DNA of 63,371 bases, filler included. It is 5 parts of 5 records of this genome, joined end to end, with 100 filler letters (N's around TTAATTAATTAA, not from the genome) between each part and the next. Parts side by side here need not be neighbours in the genome. Positions count along the whole stretch, not along the records: positions 1 to 20,656 come from DRR723986_9666; positions 20,757 to 32,359 come from DRR723986_9667; 3 more parts are not named here. One strand, 5' to 3'. How positions within the stretch are numbered: the stretch's first letter is position 1; each line of letters opens with the position of its first letter. The notes under the pieces are model-generated. The model had not been told where the DNA came from, did not search any database, and worked only from the letters and a program-made list of their open reading frames with translations. Shown here piece by piece: positions 20,389 through 30,608 of the stretch. The translations under genes were made by a program, and so were the position numbers.

Positions 20389-20452
20389 CTCAGACCGCTT
20401 TGAGTCCTTTCACTGCGTTCCGGCCTCAGGCTTTTTTGAATTCTTGTTAGTC
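20389..20452 (-). repeat. Copy C of the dispersed degenerate intergenic repeat
   Basis: Contains GACTAACAAGAA (also at 313-324 and 6944-6955) and the 51-nt block shared with 9650-9700. Confidence 0.75.
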
Positions 20453-20656
20453 CTTGAGTGCCAAGTCTCAGGTAATTGAGATAGCTGAGAGTCGCAGCAG
20501 CCTCCAAACCTCAAGTCACAATTCAGCAGAACCCTCTGAGCCTCCTACCGTTCAGCGACAATCTCCGGCCGCTGAGACTCAAATTCTTGCCGCTGAGTTC
20601 TTTGGTCTTGAATTCTTAAGACCTGTAGACTTACGGCTCACAGCACTTAGGGCTGT

Positions 20657-20756
20657 NNNNNNNNNNNNNNNNNNNNNNNNNNNNNNNNNNNNNNNNNNNN
20701 TTAATTAATTAANNNNNNNNNNNNNNNNNNNNNNNNNNNNNNNNNNNNNNNNNNNN
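20657..20756. other. Artificial contig-joining spacer
   Basis: 44 N + TTAATTAATTAA (stops in all six frames) + 44 N. Gene content changes abruptly across it. Confidence 0.99.
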
Positions 20757-21315
20757 AACCGGCGTGTGCATCATGCAGATGGAGGCAGGGTTGGACACCG
20801 GCCCGGTGCGCCTGTGGCGAGCCTTGCAGATTGAACACACCGACACTGCGTCTACCTTGCACGACAAACTGGCCACACTGGGCGGTGATTTGTTGGTGGA
20901 GGCTCTGGATTCCCTTCAAGTGGCAACACTGCCCCTGGTTCCACAACCTGATGTCGGAGTGACCTACGCCGAGAAAATCACAAAAGCGGAGGGCGTGATC
21001 AACTGGCACCGCAGCGCTGTGGAACTTCAGCGTACACTGCGTGCCTTCGATCCTTTTCCCGGTGCGAACACGGTGTGGGGCGGTGAAGCCCTGAAGTGTT
21101 TTGATCCCGAAACGGTCGCCTTGGCTGGCTTGATGGGTAACCCGGGTGAAGTGTTGTCCGTTGGTTCAGCTGGCATTGAAGTGCAATGCGGGCAGGGTGT
21201 GTTGCGTATTCGAACCCTTCAGAAGGCCGGCAGTAAACGTCAGCCTGCGCAGCAGGTGGCACAGGCTTTGGGTTTGCAGGCCGGAAACCAATTGGGCGCA
21301 TTGGTCTCCAATTAG
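20757..21315 (+). CDS. fmt: Methionyl-tRNA formyltransferase, 5'-truncated by contig edge
   Basis: IMQMEAGLDTGP, TYAEKITK, RAFDPFPGA. Upstream of htpX-rsmB. Confidence 0.95.
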
Positions 21316-21335
21316 GCGAAGGGACTCGCGCGAAT

Positions 21336-21363
21336 CTTGAAATTTCGCAAAAAAACCCTAGTT
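21336..21363 (+). promoter_or_regulatory. Sigma32 (RpoH)-type promoter of htpX
   Basis: CTTGAAA-N13-CCCTAGTT upstream of a known heat-shock gene. Confidence 0.6.
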
Positions 21364-21412
21364 TCAATTTGTCGAATCAACGGGCCGCAGATCGGCCAAG
21401 GTGAGTAAGATC

Positions 21413-22270
21413 ATGTTTAACTGGATGAAAACATTCATGTTGATGGCGGCCATTACCGCCCTGTTCGTGCTGCTGGGCGGCATGATGGGAGGCCGTGGCG
21501 GCATGTTGTTGGCCTTGGGTTTTGCACTGGCGATGAACTTCGGAGCCTATTGGTTTTCCGACAAAATGGTTTTGCGCATGTACAAAGCCAAGGAAGTGGA
21601 TGCCAGCAATGCGCCAGAGTTTTACAACATGGTGGCTGAACTTGCACAGCGCGCAGACATGCCGATGCCGCGCGTTTACCTGATCAACGACAGCGCCCCC
21701 AATGCATTTGCGACCGGGCGCAATCCTGAAAATGCCGCTGTGGCAGCGACCACCGGAATTTTGCAGGTACTGTCTGCTCGAGAACTGCGCGGTGTCATGG
21801 CGCATGAATTGGCGCACGTGAAGCACCGGGACATCCTGATTTCCACAATTTCGGCCACAATGGCAGGTGCCATCTCGGCCCTGGCCAACTTTGCCCTGTT
21901 TTTTGGCGGGCGTGACGAGAATGGTCAGCCCATGAACCCGATTGCCAGCATTGCCCTGGCCATTCTCGCGCCATTGGCTGCGTCGCTGATTCAAATGTCA
22001 ATCTCGCGCGCCCGTGAATATGAGGCAGACCGCGGAGGCGCAGAAATTTGCGGCGACCCGGCAGCCTTGGCCAGCGCACTGGACAAAATTCAACGGTATG
22101 CCAAGGGCATTCCGTTCCGCACCACCGAAGCGCATCCGGAAACCGCTCAAATGATGATCATGAACCCACTGTCCGGCCAAGGTATTGCCGGCCTGTTTTC
22201 TACTCACCCACCCACTGAAGAACGAATCGCCCGCTTGATGGAAATGGCCCGCACTGGCGGTCCACGTTGA
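21413..22270 (+). CDS. htpX: Zinc metalloprotease HtpX
   Basis: [38 protein letters not shown] 21413 preferred over GTG 21401. Confidence 0.96.
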   Translation: MFNWMKTFMLMAAITALFVLLGGMMGGRGGMLLALGFALAMNFGAYWFSDKMVLRMYKAKEVDASNAPEFYNMVAELAQRADMPMPRVYLINDSAPNAFATGRNPENAAVAATTGILQVLSARELRGVMAHELAHVKHRDILISTISATMAGAISALANFALFFGGRDENGQPMNPIASIALAILAPLAASLIQMSISRAREYEADRGGAEICGDPAALASALDKIQRYAKGIPFRTTEAHPETAQMMIMNPLSGQGIAGLFSTHPPTEERIARLMEMARTGGPR

Positions 22271-23634
22271 AGCCGGTTCACAGCACACCGCCCAAACTGA
22301 CAGAAGCCAGCTTGGCCTTTGCCCTGCTTCGGGCTGCAGCAGTCATGACCCGTGTACTGCGGGAGGGCCGTTCGCTCGACCAGGCCTTGGCCGCTGAAAC
22401 CAAAGGTGTTAAAACCCCGCAGGCTTTGGGTGCAATTCAAGACCTGGCTTACTTCGGCATGCGCAACCTGGGCCGTGGGCAAGTATTAACCCGCTTGATC
22501 AGCGGCAAAGCGCTGCTGAACCCCGAGCCCCTGAATGAATTGATGGCCTTGGGTTTCGGTTTGCTGTGGGATGACAAAAACCCGAAGTACCCGGCGCACA
22601 CTGTGGTAGACCAAATGGTGTATGCCTGCACGGGCAGCGAGCAATTTGCACGTGCCAAGGGCCTGGCAAATGCCTGTTTGCGCAACTTTCTGCGTGATTC
22701 AAACACCTGGCGAAGCAAGGCGCTTGAAGATCCGCTGGCGCAGCACAACTTGCCTGTCTGGTGGATTGAAAAACTGAAAACCAGTCACCCGCAACACTGG
22801 GAAACGATGTTGGCACAGGCGCAAAGCCACCCGCCTTTGGTGGTGCGCGTGAATACCCGCAGCAGTTCTGCATCCGCCTATGCGGAGCAGTTGAATGCAG
22901 CGGGCCTGGAAGCACGAGTGATTGGCGAGCAGGCCGTGTTGCTGGCCAAGCCAGTGCCAGTCTCTGCACTGCCAGGATTTGATTTGGGCCAGGTGTCGGT
23001 GCAAGACAGCGCAGCACAGTTGGCCGCGCAGTTGTTGAATCCTCAAACTGGTCAGCGCATTCTGGACGCATGTGCCGCACCCGGCGGTAAAACCGGGCAT
23101 TTGCTAGAGTTGGCCGACATTGAACTGGTTGCCCTGGATTCCAGTCCGCAGCGCCTGGGCCGCGTCGAAGACAACATCCGCCGTATTGCGCCCACCCTGA
23201 ATGGTCAATGGGATTTGCGTTTGAAAGTGGCGCAGGCCGAGTTGCTCGACACGTGGTGGGATGGTGTGCCTTTTGACGGTATTTTGGCCGATGTACCATG
23301 CACGGGCTCTGGCGTTGTTCGCCGTCACCCCGATATTCCGTGGTTGCGCAGACCGGACGATATTGCCAAGTTGTCGCAGATTCAACACAAAATACTGAAT
23401 GCCTTGTGGTCTACCCTAAAGCCGGGCGGTACACTTTTGCTGGTGACCTGTTCCATCTTTCCTGAAGAGGGGCCCCTGTTGGCAAAAGCATTTCTCGACA
23501 ATCATTCCGATGCCCTGGCGCAAACCGCGCCCGGCTGGGTGTTGCCAGTTGCAGCGGCCAACCCTGATCAAGGCTTTGATGCATCTCCCGACGGGTTCTT
23601 TTACGCCAAGTTTGAAAGATCCCTAACCTCTTGA
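22267..23634 (+). CDS. rsmB: 16S rRNA m5C967 methyltransferase
   Basis: NusB-like N-terminus. [33 protein letters not shown]. Confidence 0.95.
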   Translation: MKPVHSTPPKLTEASLAFALLRAAAVMTRVLREGRSLDQALAAETKGVKTPQALGAIQDLAYFGMRNLGRGQVLTRLISGKALLNPEPLNELMALGFGLLWDDKNPKYPAHTVVDQMVYACTGSEQFARAKGLANACLRNFLRDSNTWRSKALEDPLAQHNLPVWWIEKLKTSHPQHWETMLAQAQSHPPLVVRVNTRSSSASAYAEQLNAAGLEARVIGEQAVLLAKPVPVSALPGFDLGQVSVQDSAAQLAAQLLNPQTGQRILDACAAPGGKTGHLLELADIELVALDSSPQRLGRVEDNIRRIAPTLNGQWDLRLKVAQAELLDTWWDGVPFDGILADVPCTGSGVVRRHPDIPWLRRPDDIAKLSQIQHKILNALWSTLKPGGTLLLVTCSIFPEEGPLLAKAFLDNHSDALAQTAPGWVLPVAAANPDQGFDASPDGFFYAKFERSLTS

Positions 23635-23643
23635 GGAAGTGCC

Positions 23644-24261
23644 TTGAAATTTAGCCAGGCCCACTCCTCGTTATGGACACGTGCTTTGCATGGCCTGCTG
23701 GGCCTTGTGCTGATGTGCGTGCTGGCTGTGGGGCTGGCCCAGCTTGATTCTTCAACGCGGGTCACCGCGGTCAAGCTCGAGCCCAGCAAGCCCCCGGCGG
23801 CTGCCGCATGGAACCTGGCTGCCGAGTTCGAGATTGAATTGGGCCACAAGTTGCGAGAGGCGGTTGATCGGGGCTTACCGTTGCAGTTTACGGTCGATTT
23901 TCAGTTGATGCGTTCCCGCTGGTATTGGGTTGATGAAGAAGTGGTCAGCACCACCTACCCGCTTAACCTGTCCTACAACGCCCTGACCCGAACCTACCGC
24001 GTAGTGACCCCCACCAACACCTACAATACCCCCACGCTTGAAGACGCCATGCAGCACATGACCAAGGTGCGGGACTGGGCTGTTATTCCTCGCGATCGAA
24101 TCGAAATCGGGCAACCTTACACCGCACAAGTGCGTTTTCGATTGTTGCTGACTGAACTGCCGAAGCCTTTCCAGATCAGCGCATTGGTAAACAGCGAATG
24201 GGATTTGTCCTCTGAGTGGCTCACCTTTGAATTTACGCCCAAGCGCGAGGCCTTGAAATGA
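23644..24261 (+). CDS. DUF4390 domain protein
   Basis: LREAVDRGLPL.F, RWYW.DE, LSYNALTR.Y, LPKPFQI.AL. Canonical position between rsmB and the NtrY-like kinase. Confidence 0.9.
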   Translation: MKFSQAHSSLWTRALHGLLGLVLMCVLAVGLAQLDSSTRVTAVKLEPSKPPAAAAWNLAAEFEIELGHKLREAVDRGLPLQFTVDFQLMRSRWYWVDEEVVSTTYPLNLSYNALTRTYRVVTPTNTYNTPTLEDAMQHMTKVRDWAVIPRDRIEIGQPYTAQVRFRLLLTELPKPFQISALVNSEWDLSSEWLTFEFTPKREALK

Positions 24262-26531
24262 ATCCCTGGCTGGAGAACACCCGGTGGCTGCGTTACACGC
24301 TGCTGATTCTGGGCAGCCTGGGTGGCGTGTTGCTGTTTCTTCTGGCTTCGGCCTCTTCGAACACTGATTTTTTTGAAAGCAATTATCCCTTGCTGATTAC
24401 GCTGAACGGCATTATCGCCGCGGGCTTGTTCAGCATTTTGGCCTTGCTGATTGTTCGCATGGTGCGCCGGTACCGTGCAGGTGTGTTTGGCTCGCGGCTC
24501 ATGTTGCGCATGTCCTTGTCGTTTGCGCTGATGGGGCTGATTCCCGGTTTTGTGTTGTACCTGGTGTCGGTGCAATTTCTGGCAAAGAGTATTGACAGCT
24601 GGTTTGACGTGCGGGTGGACGGCGCACTGGAATCAGGCTTGAACCTGGGCCAAACTGCGCTGGACAGTTTGATCAATGAACTGGCCCTGAAAGGACAGTC
24701 CATTTCAATCGAACTATCGCGTGCTACACCCAGCGAGCAATTGCTGGAGCTGCCCCGCCTGCGCGATGCTGCCAATGTGCAAGAACTCACCCTTCTGACA
24801 GAAACCGGGCAAATTCTGGGGAGTTCAGGAGGCGCACTTGATAGCCTGTTGCCCAGCTTGCCCACGCAGGTGATGTTGCGCCAGGCCTTGATGACGCGAC
24901 CCTTTCAACAAATTGAACCTGACCCCGAAGACCCTGATGGGCGCCTGTACATGCGTGTGGTGGTACCGATTGCCCCGCCCCTGACCAGTTTTGATTTGGG
25001 TCAGCGCTATGTACAAATCATGCACCCGGTGCCCACTACGCTTTCACAGCGGGCCAATGCCGTGCAAAGCGTGTACCGCGATTATCAGGAATTGCAGCTG
25101 TCGCGTTCGGGTTTGCGAAAAATTTATGGCATTACACTGACCCTGGCACTGTTGCTTACGGTGTTTGTATCGGTGGCTGCGGCGTTCTGGCTTTCATCGC
25201 GCTTGTCATCGCCTTTGTTGTGGCTTGCCGAGGGTACCAAGGCCCTGGCCAGTGGCAACTTTAAAACCATGCAGCCTGTGAATGCGGACGATGAATTGCG
25301 TGAGTTGGTTGATTCATTCAACACTATGACCCGGCAACTGTCGGAGGCGCAGCGCCGCTTGCAGGCCAATCAAAACCAGCTGGCGGCCAACAACGACTTC
25401 TTGCAAAGTTTGCTGACCAGCCTGTCGGCCGGTGTGCTGGTACTCGATCACAAACTGCGCCTGAAAATGTACAACGACGGCGCGCTTCGGATTTTTGATC
25501 GTTCACTGGCCGAGAACCAGGGCCATCCGCTGGATGACATGCCCGGGCTGGAGGGGTTTGCCATGGCGGTGCGCGCAAGCGTGGCCGACAACCAGGGCAA
25601 TGAAGGTGAAGAAAGTGGCATTTGGCAAAAACAGCTGGAGATTCCGCGAGCCTTTGATTCGCAAAGTTCAAAGTCGATTCTTGTTCGAGGTTCACGCTTG
25701 CCGGGTGAAAAAGCCGGTTACGTGCTGGTGTGCGACGACATCACTGCATTGATTTCTGCCCAGCGCACAGCGGCCTGGGGTGAAGTGGCGCGTCGCCTTG
25801 CGCATGAAATCAAAAATCCGTTGACCCCAATTCAGCTTTCTGCCGAGCGCCTGCAAATGAAGTTGGCCGACAAACTGCAAGAGCCAGAGTCTGGAATTTT
25901 GCAGCGTGCCACGCGCACGATTGTGAACCAGGTGGAATCACTGAAACGTTTGGTCAATGATTTCCGCGACTACGCACGTTTGCCACCAGCAGATTTGAAG
26001 CCACTGGATTTGAATGATCTGGTGGTCGATGTCTTGGCGCTGTACGATGTGCATGTGGGCATTGAAGAACAGGCTGAAACCCGCTTCATTCCAAAATTGA
26101 CTGAAAATTTGCCGCTGGTGGCTGGAGATTCGTCGCAGTTGCGCCAAGTGATTCATAATTTGTTGCAAAATGCTTTAGACGCATGTGTCGATTGTGATCA
26201 GCCCAAAGTAGAAGTGCGAACAGAAGGTTTGAAAGCGCCGGAAGGCGAACTGGAACAGTTGGTGGGTGTGAAGTTGGTGGTGGCTGACAACGGGCCGGGG
26301 TTTAATCCTGACTTGCTGGCAAAAGCCTTTGAGCCTTACATCACTACAAAAACCAAAGGCACCGGTTTGGGTTTGGCAATCGTTAGAAAAATTGCAGATG
26401 AGCACAAGGCGCGAATAGCCATTAGAAACAGGGTAGATGCACAAGGGCGGGTTGTCGGTGCAGCGGTGGAATTGACCTTCCCCGTGCTGCAGGACGCCTT
26501 GAACAATGCCGAACATAGTCAGGCCGCATAA
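24258..26531 (+). CDS. NtrY/PlrS-like sensor histidine kinase (TM, HAMP, PAS, HisKA, HATPase)
   Basis: SIDSWF, AWGEVARRLAHEIKNPLTPIQLSAERL, NLLQNA, DNGPG, GTGLGL. Confidence 0.95.
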   Translation: MNPWLENTRWLRYTLLILGSLGGVLLFLLASASSNTDFFESNYPLLITLNGIIAAGLFSILALLIVRMVRRYRAGVFGSRLMLRMSLSFALMGLIPGFVLYLVSVQFLAKSIDSWFDVRVDGALESGLNLGQTALDSLINELALKGQSISIELSRATPSEQLLELPRLRDAANVQELTLLTETGQILGSSGGALDSLLPSLPTQVMLRQALMTRPFQQIEPDPEDPDGRLYMRVVVPIAPPLTSFDLGQRYVQIMHPVPTTLSQRANAVQSVYRDYQELQLSRSGLRKIYGITLTLALLLTVFVSVAAAFWLSSRLSSPLLWLAEGTKALASGNFKTMQPVNADDELRELVDSFNTMTRQLSEAQRRLQANQNQLAANNDFLQSLLTSLSAGVLVLDHKLRLKMYNDGALRIFDRSLAENQGHPLDDMPGLEGFAMAVRASVADNQGNEGEESGIWQKQLEIPRAFDSQSSKSILVRGSRLPGEKAGYVLVCDDITALISAQRTAAWGEVARRLAHEIKNPLTPIQLSAERLQMKLADKLQEPESGILQRATRTIVNQVESLKRLVNDFRDYARLPPADLKPLDLNDLVVDVLALYDVHVGIEEQAETRFIPKLTENLPLVAGDSSQLRQVIHNLLQNALDACVDCDQPKVEVRTEGLKAPEGELEQLVGVKLVVADNGPGFNPDLLAKAFEPYITTKTKGTGLGLAIVRKIADEHKARIAIRNRVDAQGRVVGAAVELTFPVLQDALNNAEHSQAA

Positions 26532-26549
26532 AGAAGGAACTTTCTAACC

Positions 26550-27272
26550 ATGGCGACCATTCTCGTTGTAGATGACGAAATTGGAATTCGAGAACTGTTG
26601 TCCGAGATTCTCGGCGACGAAGGGCATGCGGTGCTGCTTGCTGAAAACGCAGGCCAGGCACGTGCATTGCGTGACCAAGAGCAGCCTGATCTTGTGTTGC
26701 TCGACATCTGGATGCCGGACACTGACGGCGTGACTTTGCTAAAGGAATGGTCGGTGAAAGGGCTGTTGACCATGCCCGTGATCATGATGAGTGGTCACGC
26801 AACTATTGATACCGCTGTTGAAGCCACGCGAATTGGTGCGCTCGACTTTCTGGAAAAACCCATTTCATTGCAAAAACTGTTGGGCGCTGTTGAAAAAGGT
26901 TTGGCCCGCGGGAAAATGGTTCAATCTGCACGCGCGCTGATGCAGTCGCAGCCCAAGTCCAATGGCGTGGGTAGCGCTGCCAGTTTGTCCAGTGGGGCAC
27001 CCGCCACGACACACAGTGGCTCGGCTGCTGCACCCGATTCAAGCCCCTTGGGTCAGGCCCTGGCCGAGTTGTCCACACTCGATCTGGATGCCCAACTGCG
27101 CGATGCCCGTGATTCATTTGAACGTATTTATTTTGAATACCACCTGCGTCTGGAAAACGGCAGCATGACCCGGCTGGCCGAGCGCACAGGCATTGAACGC
27201 ACGCATTTGTATCGCAAACTGAAGCAGCTGGGCGTGGAAGTGGGCCGCACCGCGCGCAAAAATATCGCATGA
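26550..27272 (+). CDS. NtrX/PlrR-like response regulator (REC + Fis HTH, no AAA+ domain)
   Basis: ILVVDDE, LLDIWMPD, FLEKP. C-terminal LAERTGIERTHLYRKLKQLG. Only 240 aa. Confidence 0.93.
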   Translation: MATILVVDDEIGIRELLSEILGDEGHAVLLAENAGQARALRDQEQPDLVLLDIWMPDTDGVTLLKEWSVKGLLTMPVIMMSGHATIDTAVEATRIGALDFLEKPISLQKLLGAVEKGLARGKMVQSARALMQSQPKSNGVGSAASLSSGAPATTHSGSAAAPDSSPLGQALAELSTLDLDAQLRDARDSFERIYFEYHLRLENGSMTRLAERTGIERTHLYRKLKQLGVEVGRTARKNIA

Positions 27273-28645
27273 AAATCATCATCGTCGGCGCCGGGCGTGT
27301 GGGGGCCAGCCTCGCTGAAAGCCTGGTGTCCGAACACAATGACATTACCCTGATCGATCCAGACCCCAAAGTACTGGCGGATCTTCAAGACCGCTACGAC
27401 TTGCGTACCATTGCAGGCAATGGCGCTTTGCCGCGCGTGTTGAAACAGGCCGGTGCCGAGGATGCCGACATGCTGGTGGCGGTTACCCGCAGCGATGAAA
27501 CCAATTTGGTGGCTTGCCGAATGGCTGCGCTGATGTTCAATGTGCCTCGCCGAATTGCGCGTGTGCGCTCGCCCGAAATGATGGAGCAGGCCCACCTGCA
27601 TGGTGATGAAGGCTTCAATGTGGACCACGTGATTTGCCCGGAGCAAAGCGTGACCAATCACATTGAGCGCCTGATCGAATTTCCCGATGCTTTGCAGGTA
27701 CTTGATTTTGCCGATGGCAAGGTGACGCTGGTGTCAGTTCGCGCGTATGCGGGCGGGCCTTTGGTGTCGCACCCCATTGAAGACATTCGCAAGCACTTGC
27801 CCAAAGTCGATGTTCGAATTGTGGCCCTGTTTCGCGAAAACCAGCCTGTGGCGGTTGAGGGTTATACGATGATTCAACCCGGCGACGAAGTGTTTTGTTT
27901 GTCTGCCACTGAGCACGTGCGCACGGTGATGGCTGAACTTCGCCGCATGTCCAAACCCGTCACCAAAGTGATGATCGCCGGAGGCGGCAACATTGGTCTG
28001 CGCCTGGCTCGTAGCCTTGAAGACAATTACCAGGTGAAGGTGATTGATGCCGACCGCAAGCGCTGTGAAGACCTGGCGAATCAGTTGGGCTCGCGTACCC
28101 TGGTGTTGTACGGCGATGCCACCGATGAAGATTTACTGGCCGAAGAAAATGTGCAGGACGTGGACACTTTCATTGCGCTGACCAACGACGATGAAAACAA
28201 CATCATGTCGTCCTTGTTGGCCAAGCGGATGGGCGCACGCCGGGTTATTGCACTGATTCAGCGCAAGGTATATGCCGAGCTGGTGCAGGGCGGGCAAATT
28301 GACATTGCATTGGCGCCTTCGAATGCAACACTCAGTGAATTGCTCAAGCACATCCGCAGGGGTGATGTGGTGGCTGTTCACCGCTTGCGTCGCGGCGTGG
28401 CGGAAGCCATTGAAACCATTGCGCACGGCGATTCCAAGTCGTCGAAAGTGGTGGGCCGTGCCATTGAAAAAATTGACATGCCCAAGGGTGCCGTGATCGG
28501 CGCAATTGTGCGTGGTGACCAAGTCATCATGGCGCACCACGACACAGTCATTGAGGCAGAAGACCACATCATTACTTTTGTAGAAAACCGCAAACTGATA
28601 CCGCAGGTGGAAAAACTGTTCCAGGTCGGTGTGGGATTTATCTAA
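27269..28645 (+). CDS. trkA: Trk system potassium uptake regulatory subunit
   Basis: Two RCK/NAD-binding motifs (GAGRVG, GGGNIG). 458 aa. Confidence 0.96.
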   Translation: MKIIIVGAGRVGASLAESLVSEHNDITLIDPDPKVLADLQDRYDLRTIAGNGALPRVLKQAGAEDADMLVAVTRSDETNLVACRMAALMFNVPRRIARVRSPEMMEQAHLHGDEGFNVDHVICPEQSVTNHIERLIEFPDALQVLDFADGKVTLVSVRAYAGGPLVSHPIEDIRKHLPKVDVRIVALFRENQPVAVEGYTMIQPGDEVFCLSATEHVRTVMAELRRMSKPVTKVMIAGGGNIGLRLARSLEDNYQVKVIDADRKRCEDLANQLGSRTLVLYGDATDEDLLAEENVQDVDTFIALTNDDENNIMSSLLAKRMGARRVIALIQRKVYAELVQGGQIDIALAPSNATLSELLKHIRRGDVVAVHRLRRGVAEAIETIAHGDSKSSKVVGRAIEKIDMPKGAVIGAIVRGDQVIMAHHDTVIEAEDHIITFVENRKLIPQVEKLFQVGVGFI

Positions 28646-28660
28646 CGTGGCGCGTGCAGC

Positions 28661-30121
28661 ATGAGGAACTCGCTCTTTCCAGTGCTGGGTGTATTGGGCT
28701 TTGCCGTGGCGCTGTTCTCGGTGGCGTTTTTGGTGCCGCTGACTTATGCATTCGTAACCGATGAACCCACTGTGCAGGCATTTGCCACAGGTTTTTTAGT
28801 CACCTTTGGTATTGGGGTCACAGCACACGTATTAACCCGCCGCTTTCGCCGGGAACTTCAACCCAGAGACGGTTTTCTGTTGGTGTCTACGGTGTGGTCG
28901 GGTTTGCCTGCCTTTGCCACCATTCCGATGGTGCTGTTCTTTGATGATCTTAGCGTTACCGACGCCTACTTCGAGATGGTCTCTGCCATCACCACCACGG
29001 GCGCTACTGCATTAAGCGGCCTGGACAACATGCCGGACAGCATCAATATCTGGCGGCACTTGCTGTCGTGGATGGGTGGCATGGGTATCCTGGTTCTAGC
29101 GGTGGCAATCTTGCCGTTGCTGGGTGTGGGTGGATCTCAGGTGTTCAAGGCCGAGACTCCCGGCCCGATGAAAGACAGCAAATTGACCCCACGGATTACA
29201 GAGACTGCCAAGTCGTTGTACATGGTCTATCTCATGATCTCAGTTGCTTGTGTGATTAGTTACAAGCTTGCGGGCATGGGCTGGCTGGACGCATTCCTTT
29301 ACACGGGGACTACAGTTTCCCTCTCAGGAATGGCGGCGCATGACAGCAGTTACATGTATTTTGATTCGGCTTCAATCGAGATGGTCGCTGTGGGGTTCAT
29401 GATGATCGCTGCAGTGAACTTCTCCATCCACTTTTTAGCCTGGCGTGGAAAATCGTTTCGTCCGTATGCCAATTGCCCGGAAGCGAAGTGGTTTTTCCTG
29501 CTGATGTTTGGATCGGTGACGTTGATCACCATGTATTTGTTGGCGCATCAGGAATACACCACTTTCAGCGAAGCATTTCGGTTCGCACTTTTCAATACAG
29601 TGTCAGTGGCCACTACGACAGGTTTCGCGAACACTGATTATTCCAAATGGCCACTTTTCGCGCCCCTACTCATGATCTTCATGAGTATGTTTGCGACTGC
29701 CGCGGGGTCGACTGGTGGTGGCATCAAGATGCTACGTGCGGTCATTCTGTTCAAGCATGCGATTGGCGAGTTGTCGCGTATTCTTCATCCCCGTGCAATC
29801 AACCCGGTGCGCATTCGAGGTTCGGCAGTGAGCTCGCAGGTGATTTTCGGTGTGCTCGCATTCATGCTGATGTATGGCATGAGTGTGATCACCATCACCA
29901 TGTTGTTGATATTTACAGGCCTTGATCCAATTTCTGCGCTAACCACGGGTATCTCAATGATCAACAACCTTGGCCCAGCGTTGGGTCAATTTGGCCCTGT
30001 GGACAACTATGCCGCTCTAGGTGACTTTCAAACCTGGCTTTGTTCATTTGCCATGTTGCTCGGTCGCCTGGAAATGTTCACCATCTTGGTGCTGTTCACG
30101 CCAGCGTTCTGGCGCAAATGA
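28661..30121 (+). CDS. trkH: Trk system potassium uptake membrane protein
   Basis: Pore loops TTTGA, TTTGF, GSTGGGIK, NNLGP, and LLGRLE. Confidence 0.96.
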   Translation: MRNSLFPVLGVLGFAVALFSVAFLVPLTYAFVTDEPTVQAFATGFLVTFGIGVTAHVLTRRFRRELQPRDGFLLVSTVWSGLPAFATIPMVLFFDDLSVTDAYFEMVSAITTTGATALSGLDNMPDSINIWRHLLSWMGGMGILVLAVAILPLLGVGGSQVFKAETPGPMKDSKLTPRITETAKSLYMVYLMISVACVISYKLAGMGWLDAFLYTGTTVSLSGMAAHDSSYMYFDSASIEMVAVGFMMIAAVNFSIHFLAWRGKSFRPYANCPEAKWFFLLMFGSVTLITMYLLAHQEYTTFSEAFRFALFNTVSVATTTGFANTDYSKWPLFAPLLMIFMSMFATAAGSTGGGIKMLRAVILFKHAIGELSRILHPRAINPVRIRGSAVSSQVIFGVLAFMLMYGMSVITITMLLIFTGLDPISALTTGISMINNLGPALGQFGPVDNYAALGDFQTWLCSFAMLLGRLEMFTILVLFTPAFWRK

Positions 30122-30525
30122 AAACGCGGCTTTTTCTGGTGCCTGGCCGCGACCCGGAAGCACGAGCCCGGCGAATTGAAGCACTGCTTTCCGAGCAGGC
30201 TGGCGTTGGCAAGATTACCTTGATGGCCAGTACCGAGATTTTTTCCTACGCATCAGTGGAGGCTCAGGCAGAGTTGTTCCGTCTGGACTCTGAGCGCAAA
30301 GCGCGCGGTATTCACGTGCTGCGCTTAAGTCCCGGTTGCTTGTGTTGTTCCTCCAAATTGGTGCTGACAACTCACCTAGCTCGCACCTTAAGATTGAATC
30401 AACCCAATGTATTGTTAATGGAACTGGAAAGCCAAAGCCACCCGGAACAGGTGTTACAGTTATTAAAAGAGCCTCAATGGAGTGACTGGTTTGCCGATAT
30501 AACACTTGTGGAGGATGTTGCGTAA
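30118..30525 (+). CDS. Short CobW/COG0523-like protein retaining GCLCC but lacking Walker A
   Basis: ATGA-coupled to the trkH stop. LSPGCLCCSS..L...L..LR...P..LLMELE...HP resembles the YeiR/YjiA middle segment. Confidence 0.65.
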   Translation: MKTRLFLVPGRDPEARARRIEALLSEQAGVGKITLMASTEIFSYASVEAQAELFRLDSERKARGIHVLRLSPGCLCCSSKLVLTTHLARTLRLNQPNVLLMELESQSHPEQVLQLLKEPQWSDWFADITLVEDVA

Positions 30526-30549
30526 GGGGTTAGACGCCCAAGGCGTGGC

Positions 30550-30577
30550 CTTGAAATTGCTAGATAGATCACCATAT
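30550..30577 (+). promoter_or_regulatory. Sigma32 (RpoH)-type promoter
   Basis: CTTGAAA-N13-CACCATAT, close to the CTTGAAA-N13/14-CCCCATnT consensus, 31 bp before the DUF3567 start. Confidence 0.65.
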
Positions 30578-30608
30578 TCAACCTGAAAGTATTATTTGGA
30601 GGTTTGCG

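Noticed and set aside
20701-20712. TTAATTAATTAA repeated four times in the window
   Set aside because: Always embedded in 44-N flanks, so it is an artificial linker.
24258-30121. NtrX-like regulator lacking AAA+ and linked to trkAH as a novel system
   Set aside because: This arrangement is already known in Betaproteobacteria, for example the Bordetella plrSR locus.
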